In this document: positions 53,479 through 62,672 of the stretch, in pieces
How the letters are laid out: every line of letters begins with the position of its first letter
Position numbering within the stretch: position 1 is the first letter of the stretch
Assembly: GCA_934086815.1 (NCBI GenBank)
Contig: CAKOIM010000001.1
Span: forward strand, 14,366-78,365
Origin: an uncultured Bacilli bacterium
GTDB taxonomy: Bacteria > Bacillota_I > Bacilli_A > RF39 > UBA660
DNA length: 64,000 bases
Reading direction: 5' to 3'
Notes under the pieces: generated by a model
What the model was told of the DNA's origin: nothing
Databases searched by the model: none
Seen by the model: only the letters and a program-made list of their open reading frames with translations
Translations under genes and position numbers: made by a program

Positions 53479-55192
53479 AATAAGAGTAATGAGTGAAAAC
53501 TTAGCTAATAAAATAGCTGCCGGAGAAGTTGTCGAAAAGTGTGCATCTGTTTTAAAAGAATTAGTTGAAAATTCTATTGATGCAGAATCTACAAGTATTA
53601 AAGTTAATTTAAAAAATGGTGGTTTAGAAGAAATAAAGGTGACTGATAATGGTATTGGCATGGATAAAGAAGATGCAACAATGGCTTTCTTAAGACATGC
53701 AACAAGTAAAATATATAAAGATGATGACTTATATTTTATTGAAACTCTAGGATTTAGAGGGGAAGCTTTAGCAAGTATAGCAAGTGTATCTGAAGTAGAT
53801 TTAATCACTTGTAATAAATTAGTAGGTACTCATGTTCATCTTAAAGGAGGAAGTGTTTTAAGTGTTTTAGATGCTCCATTAAAAGAGGGAACACAAATAA
53901 CAATTAGTAATTTATTTTATAATACTCCGGCAAGATTAAAGTATTTAAAAAGTGAGACTACCGAACTTAATAATTGTATTAAATATATTGAAAATTTAGC
54001 TCTTTCTAACCCAGATATTTCTTTTAGTTTATTTAATAATGAACGTTTAATTTTAAAAACTAGTGGCAAAGGAAATTTACTTAAAACAATTCATGAAATA
54101 TATGGTTTAAATGTATCTAGTAATATGCTAGAAATAAAGGCAAGTAATGATGATTTTTTAATCGAAGGATATGTATCTAAACCAAGTGTTTTAAAGAAAA
54201 ATAGAAATCACCTAAATATTTTTGTTAATAATAGAGTAATAAAAAATATTGAAATAAATAGAGCAATTAATGATGCTTATAATACATATAAACATGAAGG
54301 ATTTTATCCAATAACAGTTATAAATATTGAAACTGATCCAACTCTTGTTGATGTAAATATACATCCGACTAAACAAGATATAAAATTTAGTAAAATGGAT
54401 GAATTGATTGAATTGCTTTATAAAACTATAAAGAAAGTTTTATACAATAATTTGCTTATTCCTGATGCTAATTTAAAAGATGTGGAAGATAATAAGTATA
54501 TAGAACCTTTAAAAAATGATATATATTTAGAAAAAAAAGAAGAAGTTATTGTGCAAAAGACAATGGACTTTCAAGATACTTTAGAACCTGTTAAAAATGA
54601 AGAATTTAAAAAGTTATCTTTATATCCGGTAGGTCAAGTTCATGGGACATTCATTATAGCCGAAGATAGTGAGAATATGTATATTATAGATCAGCACGCG
54701 GCTCATGAAAGAGTCAATTATGAAATGATTACTAAAAGATTTTTAGAAAGTGAAATAACTATTACAGATATGATAGTTCCCTTATCGATAGAATTATCTA
54801 AAAGTGATTATGAATTATTTACAGAAAAAAAATATGTTTTAGAAGATTTAGGATTTAAAATAGAAGAATTTGGAATAAACACAATTATAATTAAGGCTCA
54901 TCCAACATGGCTTAAAAGTAATTATGAAGGAGATAATATAAAATATATCGTAGACTTAGTTATATCTGAAAGCAAAAACTTTAATAAAGAAAAATTTTTA
55001 GATAGTTTAGCCAAAATGGTTAGTTGTAAAATGAGTGTTAAAGCTAATGAACATTTAAGTTTATTACAAATGGAAGAACTATTAAAAGATTTAGTAAAAT
55101 GTGATAATCCGTATAATTGTTGTCATGGAAGACCATCAATTATGAAATATAGTAACTATGAATTAGAAAAAATGTTTAAGAGGGTGATATAA
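53471..55192 (+). CDS. mutL: DNA mismatch repair endonuclease MutL
   Basis: The GHKL N-terminus reads LANKIAAGEVVE....KELVENSIDA, DNGIGM, GFRGEAL. The C-terminus carries the endonuclease motif DQHAAHERVNYE. No mutS is adjacent. Confidence 0.9.
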   Translation: MSKIRVMSENLANKIAAGEVVEKCASVLKELVENSIDAESTSIKVNLKNGGLEEIKVTDNGIGMDKEDATMAFLRHATSKIYKDDDLYFIETLGFRGEALASIASVSEVDLITCNKLVGTHVHLKGGSVLSVLDAPLKEGTQITISNLFYNTPARLKYLKSETTELNNCIKYIENLALSNPDISFSLFNNERLILKTSGKGNLLKTIHEIYGLNVSSNMLEIKASNDDFLIEGYVSKPSVLKKNRNHLNIFVNNRVIKNIEINRAINDAYNTYKHEGFYPITVINIETDPTLVDVNIHPTKQDIKFSKMDELIELLYKTIKKVLYNNLLIPDANLKDVEDNKYIEPLKNDIYLEKKEEVIVQKTMDFQDTLEPVKNEEFKKLSLYPVGQVHGTFIIAEDSENMYIIDQHAAHERVNYEMITKRFLESEITITDMIVPLSIELSKSDYELFTEKKYVLEDLGFKIEEFGINTIIIKAHPTWLKSNYEGDNIKYIVDLVISESKNFNKEKFLDSLAKMVSCKMSVKANEHLSLLQMEELLKDLVKCDNPYNCCHGRPSIMKYSNYELEKMFKRVI

Positions 55193-56157
55193 TGCTACCA
55201 GATAATAGAAAAAAATTAATCATAGGTATAGTCGCAATTATTGTAAGTATAATTGTAATTATCTTGATTGCTAGCTTAAGTAATTTTATTAAAAGTAGAT
55301 CAAATTTAGAGAAAAAAAGGGTTGATGGAGATTATTCAAGTAAGTATGCTTATTATGGTTTTGTAAAAGATGACTATAATGTCTATAAATTATATGGAAT
55401 AAATGAAGAAGAAAAATATTTAGATTTAAAAACATTTTATGAAGTAAAAGATGTTCTTGTTAAAAATAAAAAATTAATTGTATACACGGATGCTTTAAAT
55501 GAAATTAGATATGATACAGATAATAATGAGTTTTATTTTTATGAGCTTAATTCTTTTTACAGTAATAAATTAAATATTAGATTAAGTAATAATTACTTGA
55601 TTGATGTTTCTGATAATGTAACGTATTGGGGTAATGATACGGATAATAGTGAGAATAAAAAAATAGATAATAATATAAAAGATTATGTTATTAGTAATAA
55701 TACTTTTTATTATATAAAGGATAATAAATTATATGTATATGATTTATCACAAGGTTTAAAAGATACTATAGAAAATGTAACATCGAGTGATGAATTAATA
55801 GATGCTAATGAAAATTATTTATATTTAAAAAATGAACGTGATATATTTGTTTATAACATAAAAAATAAAACAATGACAAATGTAACTGATGTATTAAAAG
55901 AAGAAATTTACTACTTAGGTAGTACAAAAAAAGGATTTTTATATTTAACAGAAAATAGTGTTAAAGAATATGATCATTCATTATTCCAAAGTAAATTATT
56001 AGAAAATAATTTTAATGAAAAAGTAAGTTATTCTAAAGCTTTAAAGAATAATGTATATTACATGGAAAATGAAGAAGAAAGTTTTATATATGACTTTACT
56101 AAAAATGAAAAGATAAAACTAGAAAATAAATATATAGATATAGAGGTTGTACAATGA
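55192..56157 (+). CDS. hypothetical membrane-anchored protein with repetitive beta-rich segments
   Basis: N-terminal TM helix (LIIGIVAIIVSIIVIILIASL). It has recurring N..(F/L)YY(I/L)K....(L/I)(Y/F)VY(D/N) repeats. Confidence 0.5.
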   Translation: MLPDNRKKLIIGIVAIIVSIIVIILIASLSNFIKSRSNLEKKRVDGDYSSKYAYYGFVKDDYNVYKLYGINEEEKYLDLKTFYEVKDVLVKNKKLIVYTDALNEIRYDTDNNEFYFYELNSFYSNKLNIRLSNNYLIDVSDNVTYWGNDTDNSENKKIDNNIKDYVISNNTFYYIKDNKLYVYDLSQGLKDTIENVTSSDELIDANENYLYLKNERDIFVYNIKNKTMTNVTDVLKEEIYYLGSTKKGFLYLTENSVKEYDHSLFQSKLLENNFNEKVSYSKALKNNVYYMENEEESFIYDFTKNEKIKLENKYIDIEVVQ

Positions 56158-56624
56158 TAATAAATTTAAATAAATTGCCCGTAGAAATTGATACGAATAT
56201 AGAAATTCCTAAAAGTTTTTTAGATAAAACTGATATTATGGATATAAAACCAGTAAAGGTAAAAGGAATTATAAAGTATAATGCGATTGACGAAATTGTT
56301 ATTAGCTTAGATGTATCTGGGGTATTAGTTCTAAAAGATGCTATTACAAATGAATTAATAGATTATCCTTATCAGATTGAAATAGAAGAAGAAATAGCTG
56401 AAAATGATCAAGAATTAAGAAAATATTATGAAAAAAAGCAAAATACACTTGATATAATTGAGTTTTTATGGGAAAATATTATATTGGAAGTACCCATTAG
56501 TTTTACTAAAGCCGATGATACATCACATCATGGTGATGGGTGGCAGTTAAATTGTTGGGATGACTTAGAGCAAACAGATACGAGATTTGCAAAATTAGAT
56601 GATATTTTTAAAGGTGGTGAATAA
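56154..56624 (+). CDS. yceD: YceD-family (DUF177) protein
   Basis: An acidic protein of about 156 aa immediately upstream of rpmF. The C-terminus reads DTRFAKLDDIFKG. Confidence 0.8.
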   Translation: MIINLNKLPVEIDTNIEIPKSFLDKTDIMDIKPVKVKGIIKYNAIDEIVISLDVSGVLVLKDAITNELIDYPYQIEIEEEIAENDQELRKYYEKKQNTLDIIEFLWENIILEVPISFTKADDTSHHGDGWQLNCWDDLEQTDTRFAKLDDIFKGGE

Positions 56625-56626
56625 AT

Positions 56627-56815
56627 ATGGCAGTTCCTTTTAGAAGAACTAGTAAAACTAAAAAAAGAATGCGTAGAACTCATTTAAAGAAAGAAGTTGG
56701 AGCATTAACTACTTGTTCAAAATGTGGGGCAACATTAAGACCTCATAGAGCTTGTGTTAAATGTGGAAATTACAATGGTAAAACTGTAATTGAAGTTAAA
56801 AATGATGAAGAATAG
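56627..56815 (+). CDS. rpmF: 50S ribosomal protein L32 (zinc-ribbon form)
   Basis: Begins MAVPFRRTSKTKKRMRRTH and has CSKCG...CVKCG. Confidence 0.95.
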   Translation: MAVPFRRTSKTKKRMRRTHLKKEVGALTTCSKCGATLRPHRACVKCGNYNGKTVIEVKNDEE

Positions 56816-56895
56816 ACCTTGCGAGGTTTTTTTCTTTTGGTAATTGATTTAGGAAAAAAAATATGCTAATATATATACTAGAGAGGGATTAAGAT

Positions 56896-58719
56896 ATGAC
56901 ACAAGAAGAATTACAAAAATTATATTTAGATTTAAGAAAATGTTTAGAACTAGGATTAGTGCCTGATGAAGTTTTACAAGAAGATTTTAGAAATGCCAGA
57001 GCTAATGGAACTTTGGATATTGTTTTAGATGAAATAAATGAAAAGAGACAAGAAAATGTGGATATAGTAGATTTTGCTAAAGATATGTTTTCAAGTGTTT
57101 CTGATATAGAAAAAATAATTGATGAAAATTATACTAAAAGCAATTTCAAGATTAGTGATTTACTTAAAGAACTTAATAATAAATTTGGAGATGCTAAGGA
57201 ATATTTAAATATTCAAAATAGATTAGAATATTCTAACGAAAGTATTAATGAATGTGAAAAGAAAATAGCTGATTTAAGAAAAGAACGTTCTAAAATTAAG
57301 TTAAGTAGAGATTTAAGTGAATTAAGTAAAATAACAAAAATTACTATAATGGATGCTGAAATAGCTAAGCTTGTTTCACGTAATAAAGAATTACAAGAAG
57401 CTAAAAGGAGAGATCAACAATTACTTGAAGCATCACTTAATAATTTAAAAAGTAAAAAATTAAGTTCAGTGCATGGTTTAATAAGTGAAGTTTTAGGTGT
57501 AGTTAGTAAATTGGATGTCGAATATCGTAATTTAGAATTAAATCCTGAAGCAAAGGAACAATTAGGTAAAGCAATATGGGATGCTAGAGATAAAGTTGTA
57601 GTTTTTACTAAATATATTAATAAAGAAGAATCTAAGATTAATGAAAGAATAAGTGAGGTAGGACTTACTAAAACAAATGCTACTTCTGAAGAAATAAATG
57701 AAATGTTAAAAGAATATGACGAAGAGATTAAAAAATTGTCGAGTGAACCTGTTCAAAGTGGTGATAGAATTGATGACATATTAAGTGGTGTTGATGAAAC
57801 TTTTGAACAAGAAGAAATAAAAGAAACAAAAATTGAAGAAGTAGACAAACTAGAAATTAAAAATGTTAGTGATTTAGTTTCTGAATTAAAAAAATTAAAT
57901 CCAGGATTAGAAGTATCTATGAATGAATATAATCAACCATCAATAAGTGTTGAAAAACCAGAAGATATTAAATTACCAAATGGATTTAAATATGATGAAA
58001 ATTTAGGAATTAATAATAAAGTAAATGATGTAACACCTTTTATGAGTGTTGAAGTAAAACCATTTGAAAGAAAAAATACAGCTGATTTAAGTCAAGAAGA
58101 AAAATTAGATGTAATAGAAAGTGAACCTCTAAAAAAAGATGAACAAGTAAAAATTAATACATCTAGTAAAGTAAAATCTGGAAAGCAAAAAGTTAAGAAG
58201 ACACGTCATGCGATTATTGCACCATATGTAAAAACTGCTTTAATGTTTGGTGGAATTGGAGCGGGAATTGCTTTACTTGGAGGATTACCAGTTGTAACAG
58301 CTGCTGCAACAGTTGGGGGAATAGTTACAGTTTTACAAAAATGTTATACTAAAGCATGTGATGCAGGACTTGTAAATTTACCGCAATTTAAAGACACAGT
58401 ATATAAAGACCATCCGGAAGAAGTTATGGCTCCGGTAGCAATAGGTTACATGGTTTCTAATAAAGCTAAAGCTTTATTAAATGGAATTAAAGAATATAAA
58501 TATTTAAGACAATATGGATCATCTAAAGAAGAACCTATAGAAAAGAGGGATGTTCAACCTGAAGAAGTTGAAGAAGTAGCTCCTCTTGAAGCGCAACCTA
58601 CATTAAGTGAAATAGAAGCAAAGAGAATTCAAAATGAAACAGCAAATGATTTATTTAACAGGGCTTTAAGTTCACAAGTTGATGAAGAATTAGACAATTT
58701 AAGTATGGGAGGAAGATAA
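56896..58719 (+). CDS. hypothetical large coiled-coil protein with two C-proximal TM helices
   Basis: 607 aa with long Lys/Glu-rich coiled coils. The hydrophobic hairpin reads VKTALMFGGIGAGIALLGGLPVVTAAATVGGIVTVL, and the tail is acidic. Confidence 0.55.
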   Translation: MTQEELQKLYLDLRKCLELGLVPDEVLQEDFRNARANGTLDIVLDEINEKRQENVDIVDFAKDMFSSVSDIEKIIDENYTKSNFKISDLLKELNNKFGDAKEYLNIQNRLEYSNESINECEKKIADLRKERSKIKLSRDLSELSKITKITIMDAEIAKLVSRNKELQEAKRRDQQLLEASLNNLKSKKLSSVHGLISEVLGVVSKLDVEYRNLELNPEAKEQLGKAIWDARDKVVVFTKYINKEESKINERISEVGLTKTNATSEEINEMLKEYDEEIKKLSSEPVQSGDRIDDILSGVDETFEQEEIKETKIEEVDKLEIKNVSDLVSELKKLNPGLEVSMNEYNQPSISVEKPEDIKLPNGFKYDENLGINNKVNDVTPFMSVEVKPFERKNTADLSQEEKLDVIESEPLKKDEQVKINTSSKVKSGKQKVKKTRHAIIAPYVKTALMFGGIGAGIALLGGLPVVTAAATVGGIVTVLQKCYTKACDAGLVNLPQFKDTVYKDHPEEVMAPVAIGYMVSNKAKALLNGIKEYKYLRQYGSSKEEPIEKRDVQPEEVEEVAPLEAQPTLSEIEAKRIQNETANDLFNRALSSQVDEELDNLSMGGR

Positions 58720-58720
58720 T

Positions 58721-58990
58721 ATGAAAGTTGATAGTGTGATTACTTTAGAAAATGATGTAAATTGTTTATTGCTTGAAAAAGTAGAATATGAAAATAATAA
58801 CTACTTTATGGCCGTAGTTTTAAATGAAGAAGAAGAACCAAGTGATGAATATGTTATTTTTAAGGAAATAATTGAAAATAATGAAAATTATGTGGAAAAA
58901 GTAGAAGATGCTGAACTATTTTCTTCGTTAATACAATTGTTTACAACTAAAATCGATGAATTTGTAGATAATTTACCAAATAATATATAA
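58721..58990 (+). CDS. DUF1292-family small acidic protein
   Basis: 89 aa. The pattern VEYENNNYFMAVVLNEEEE...EYVIFKEI......VEKVEDAELFSSLIQLF is typical of DUF1292. Confidence 0.65.
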   Translation: MKVDSVITLENDVNCLLLEKVEYENNNYFMAVVLNEEEEPSDEYVIFKEIIENNENYVEKVEDAELFSSLIQLFTTKIDEFVDNLPNNI

Positions 58991-59060
58991 GGGTGTTAAG
59001 AAGCACTCTTTTTTTCTGGGTTAAAATGTGTTAATATAGTATATCAAAAGAGGTGATTGC

Positions 59061-59837
59061 ATGGAATCTCAAGTTAATAAGAGTAAGGAAATTAATGATA
59101 TTTTGGTTAATTTTATAAAAGTAATGGAAGAAAATTTTCCTGAGGAATATTTAGAGAATATGTATAATAATTTGTTGACTTTGAAAATTTTGCCCAAAAA
59201 AGATAATTTTAAAGATAACTTTTTTTCGTTGTATGTTTTAGGGCGTTATTATTGTAAAAAAAATAAAATTAAGTTGTATACAGAAAATGTTGATTGTGTA
59301 TTAAATCATGAACTTTTACACATGAGTAGTTATTCAAAAGGCAATAAGTTAAGATTCAAAGGGCTAGATGAAGCTTATACACAATTTTTAGCTAATTATT
59401 ATTTTCATGAAAATACTTTAAGTTATCATATATTATTTGTTGAATGTTTAGATAAAATAATAGGTCATAATATACTGAGTAAATTATATTTGAGTGGCAA
59501 TTTAATAGGTGTAGTTAATTTTTTAAAAAAAATAGCATCGGAGGAAGAAATATATTGTTTTATAAAAAATATGAATAATCTTTATAATAAAAGTTACTAT
59601 GATTTTGAAAAAATTCAAAAATATATTGATGAAGTATATGACTTTATAGTTACTTTATATGCTAGAAGGCAGTATAAAAAATTTAATAATAATGAAATAA
59701 ATAATGAAGAATGTTATTACACTATTATATTTTATGCAGATCAGTTAAGAAAAAATATTAAATCATTATTTGAAAGTAATAAAAGGTATTTAGAAAATGA
59801 TGAGTGTGATTTAGGACTAAGATTAGAATTAAAATAA
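59061..59837 (+). CDS. hypothetical protein with an HExxH motif (putative zinc metallopeptidase), paralog A
   Basis: NHELLHMSS followed 21 residues later by GLDEAYT, a possible third ligand Glu. There is no signal peptide. It shares NMYNNLLTLKI and other blocks with the next gene. Confidence 0.5.
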   Translation: MESQVNKSKEINDILVNFIKVMEENFPEEYLENMYNNLLTLKILPKKDNFKDNFFSLYVLGRYYCKKNKIKLYTENVDCVLNHELLHMSSYSKGNKLRFKGLDEAYTQFLANYYFHENTLSYHILFVECLDKIIGHNILSKLYLSGNLIGVVNFLKKIASEEEIYCFIKNMNNLYNKSYYDFEKIQKYIDEVYDFIVTLYARRQYKKFNNNEINNEECYYTIIFYADQLRKNIKSLFESNKRYLENDECDLGLRLELK

Positions 59838-60721
59838 TGGGGATAGGTATGAATAATTTAAGAGAGATTAAAAAAATTGAGTTGGTAGAAAAAGAATTAA
59901 AAAGAGATTGGGATAAAATATTCCCTTATATGTTTAGAAATTGTGTAAATGAATTTGTAAAAGTTTTAGAAAGTCATTTTAATAAAGATGATTTAGTAAA
60001 TATGTATAATAATATTTTAACATTAAAAATTAGTTTTATTGAAGTTAAGTCATTAAGAACACTTTGGTGGTTACTTACAGGAAGCGGAGGATACAGTATA
60101 GAAAAAAATGAAATATTATTAAATAAAATGTTTTTTGAAAAAACGATGGACCGAGAATTATTACATATGAGTATTTGTGGTAAGTATAAAGATATTTATT
60201 ATGATGGATTTAGTCAGTTTTATTATTGGGGAGTAAAGCCTTTAGAATATTTGTTTAGTGCTGGAGATGGTATAAACGATGGTTATACAAGAGTACTAGA
60301 AAAAAGGTATTTTACTAGTGATTATGATATATCTATTAATGAGATTTTAATGAGTAATTTAGAAAAAATATTTGGGGAAGAGATAATTGCTAAACACTAT
60401 TTTAAAGGAGATCTTTATGGTCTGGTATTGCTTTTGCAATTATTTATGAATGATGATGATATTAAAGCATTTATTAATGATACGGATTATATAGAAGAAC
60501 ATGACTTATTAAAACTAGGAATTATTAAAGAGGTACGAAGAAGCTTTAATTTTTTAATTACAGTATATGCAAAATATGAATTTGCCTTATATAAGGCAGG
60601 CTATATAACTCGTGATGAATGCCATAACAATATAGTAAGTTATATTAAGAATTTCGAGTATGATATCAATTATTATTTAAGATATAAAGCTATAGATTTA
60701 AAATTGGCTAAAATGTTATAG
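59837..60721 (+). CDS. paralog B of the preceding gene with a degenerate motif (RELLH; DGYT in place of EAYT)
   Basis: The start overlaps the preceding stop (TAATG); the alternative start is ATG 59849. Shared blocks are NMYNNILTLKI, ELLHMS, GINDGYT and GDLYGLV. Confidence 0.5.
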   Translation: MGIGMNNLREIKKIELVEKELKRDWDKIFPYMFRNCVNEFVKVLESHFNKDDLVNMYNNILTLKISFIEVKSLRTLWWLLTGSGGYSIEKNEILLNKMFFEKTMDRELLHMSICGKYKDIYYDGFSQFYYWGVKPLEYLFSAGDGINDGYTRVLEKRYFTSDYDISINEILMSNLEKIFGEEIIAKHYFKGDLYGLVLLLQLFMNDDDIKAFINDTDYIEEHDLLKLGIIKEVRRSFNFLITVYAKYEFALYKAGYITRDECHNNIVSYIKNFEYDINYYLRYKAIDLKLAKML

Positions 60722-60789
60722 AAAATAAAAAAATAAATTCTTCTTATTTTATTCTTTTTATAGTATAATGAAATTAGAAAGGATGTATT

Positions 60790-61212
60790 ATGAATTGGAT
60801 TTTTTGGTTAGTATTAGTTGTGGTTTTATCATTTATTGAAGCATTAACAATTAATTTAGTTTCAATTTGGTTTGTATTAAGTGGTATAGTAGCCTTGGTA
60901 TTATCATTTTTTATAAGTGATGTTGCTATTTTATCAAGTGTGTTTGTTATATTAGGTGCTATATTTTTATTTTTATCAAGACCAATTGTTAAGAAATTAA
61001 GAACGTGTACAAAGGAATGTAAGACAAATTTAGAACGTATTATTGGCCTTCATGGTATAGTAACCGAAGAAATTAAGAAAAATGAATTAGGTGAAGTTAA
61101 AGTTGATGGGAAAAGATGGAGTGCCATATCAAAAGAAAATATTAAGAAAGATGAAGAAATAATTGTCGATGCAATTGATGGCGTAAAGCTAATTGTTAGA
61201 AAGGAGTGCTAA
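60790..61212 (+). CDS. nfeD: NfeD-family membrane protein
   Basis: Three TM helices, then the C-terminal OB-like segment GLHGIVTEEIKKNELGEVKVDGKRWSAIS...I..DEEIIVDAIDGVKLIV. It is paired with the SPFH gene. Confidence 0.8.
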   Translation: MNWIFWLVLVVVLSFIEALTINLVSIWFVLSGIVALVLSFFISDVAILSSVFVILGAIFLFLSRPIVKKLRTCTKECKTNLERIIGLHGIVTEEIKKNELGEVKVDGKRWSAISKENIKKDEEIIVDAIDGVKLIVRKEC

Positions 61213-61215
61213 ATT

Positions 61216-62121
61216 ATGTCAGGAATATTAATTGCAATTTTGGTTATAATAGTTATTATTATAATACCAAATATTAAGATTGTACCTCAATCAATGTGTT
61301 ATGTTATAGAAAGGTTGGGATCATATTATACAACATGGCAACATGGGCCACATTTTAAAATACCTTTTATAGATAGTATATCTAATAAAGTTACATTAAA
61401 AGAAATTGTAAAAGATTTTGCTCCTCAACCAGTTATTACAAAAGATAATGTTACAATGCAAATTGATACAGTTGTCTATTTTCAAATAACTGATGCAAAA
61501 TTATATACTTATGGTGTTGAATATCCGATAAGTGCTATTGAAAATTTAACGGCAACAACACTTAGAAATATAATTGGTGAACTTGAACTTGATCAAACAC
61601 TGACGAGTAGAGATATTATAAATACTAAGATGAGAGCTATTTTAGATGAAGCAACTGACCCATGGGGAATTAAAGTAAATAGAGTAGAAGTAAAAAATAT
61701 TTTGCCACCTCGAGATATTCAAGAAGCTATGGAAAAACAAATGCGTGCAGAAAGAGAACGTCGTGAGAAAATACTTCAAGCTGAAGGGGAAAAGAAATCA
61801 AGTATTTTAATTGCTGAAGGGGAAAAAGAAAGTGCTATATTAAGAGCGGAAGCACAAATGATGAGTCAAATTAAAATTGCCGAAGGGGAAGCCGAAGCAT
61901 TACTTAAAATAAAGAAAGCCGAAGCTGATGGAATAAAGTTATTAAAAGATGCTCAAGCGGATGATGCAGTTTTGCGTTTAAAATCGTTTGAAACATTAGA
62001 AAGTGTTGCAAATGGTAAATCTACAAAAATAATTGTTCCGGCAGAACTACAAGGTATAGCTACGTTTGGAACAACATTAAAAGAAGTTATGCAAGAAGAT
62101 AAAAAAAACAAAAATAAATAA
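61216..62121 (+). CDS. SPFH/band-7 (stomatin-like) protein
   Basis: N-terminal TM helix, the SPFH core (VIERLG.Y......GPHF.IPFID, TKDNV...D.VVYFQI.D), and C-terminal Ala/Glu-rich repeats. Confidence 0.9.
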   Translation: MSGILIAILVIIVIIIIPNIKIVPQSMCYVIERLGSYYTTWQHGPHFKIPFIDSISNKVTLKEIVKDFAPQPVITKDNVTMQIDTVVYFQITDAKLYTYGVEYPISAIENLTATTLRNIIGELELDQTLTSRDIINTKMRAILDEATDPWGIKVNRVEVKNILPPRDIQEAMEKQMRAERERREKILQAEGEKKSSILIAEGEKESAILRAEAQMMSQIKIAEGEAEALLKIKKAEADGIKLLKDAQADDAVLRLKSFETLESVANGKSTKIIVPAELQGIATFGTTLKEVMQEDKKNKNK

Positions 62122-62152
62122 TTTTGTAAACAAATGTAAAAATTACTAAGAA

Positions 62153-62181
62153 AAGTAAATACTTAATATTTACTTTTTTTT
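62153..62181 (+). terminator. intrinsic terminator after the SPFH gene
   Basis: Stem aagtaaata/tatttactt with loop cttaa, then a T-run. Confidence 0.7.
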
Positions 62182-62208
62182 GTTTGTTTGATAACATAAA
62201 TGTAGACA

Positions 62209-62234
62209 GTGGGGTATTGTGGTAGAAAGTGGGG
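62209..62234 (+). promoter_or_regulatory. three direct GTGG(G/T)(G/A) repeats with exact 10-bp spacing: candidate MraZ operator
   Basis: GTGGGG at 62209, GTGGTA at 62219 and GTGGGG at 62229, directly upstream of mraZ. MraZ is known to bind arrays of GTGGG-type direct repeats with 10-bp periodicity. Confidence 0.6.
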
Positions 62235-62240
62235 GATATT

Positions 62241-62672
62241 ATGTTGCTTGGTGAATTTCATCATAATATTGATGAAAAAGGCAGATTAGTAATTCCTACA
62301 AAATTTCGGGAAGAGTTACAAAATAATTTCATTATTACAAAAGGATTAGAAAAGTGTTTGTGCATATATACACAAGATAGTTTTAATAATTTAGTAAGAC
62401 AAATTGATGCTTTAAGTTTTACTAAAAAAGACGTAAGAACATTTACTAGATTCTTTTATTCGAGTGCTAATGAGTGTGAGATGGATAAAAATGGACGAAT
62501 AAATATAGTTAATAATTTAAAATCTTATGCTGAGTTAGAAAAAGAGTGTATAATAGTCGGGGTAAATGATCATGCAGAAATTTGGAATGAAAATTTATAT
62601 AATGATTTTATGAAAGAAAATAGTGAAATTATATGTGATATTACGGAAAATTTATTTGAGGGAGAAAATTAA
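62241..62672 (+). CDS. mraZ: transcriptional regulator MraZ
   Basis: Begins MLLGEFHHNIDEKGRLVIP, with a second DxxxR-type repeat (MDKNGRINI). The start is ATG 62241. Confidence 0.9.
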   Translation: MLLGEFHHNIDEKGRLVIPTKFREELQNNFIITKGLEKCLCIYTQDSFNNLVRQIDALSFTKKDVRTFTRFFYSSANECEMDKNGRINIVNNLKSYAELEKECIIVGVNDHAEIWNENLYNDFMKENSEIICDITENLFEGEN

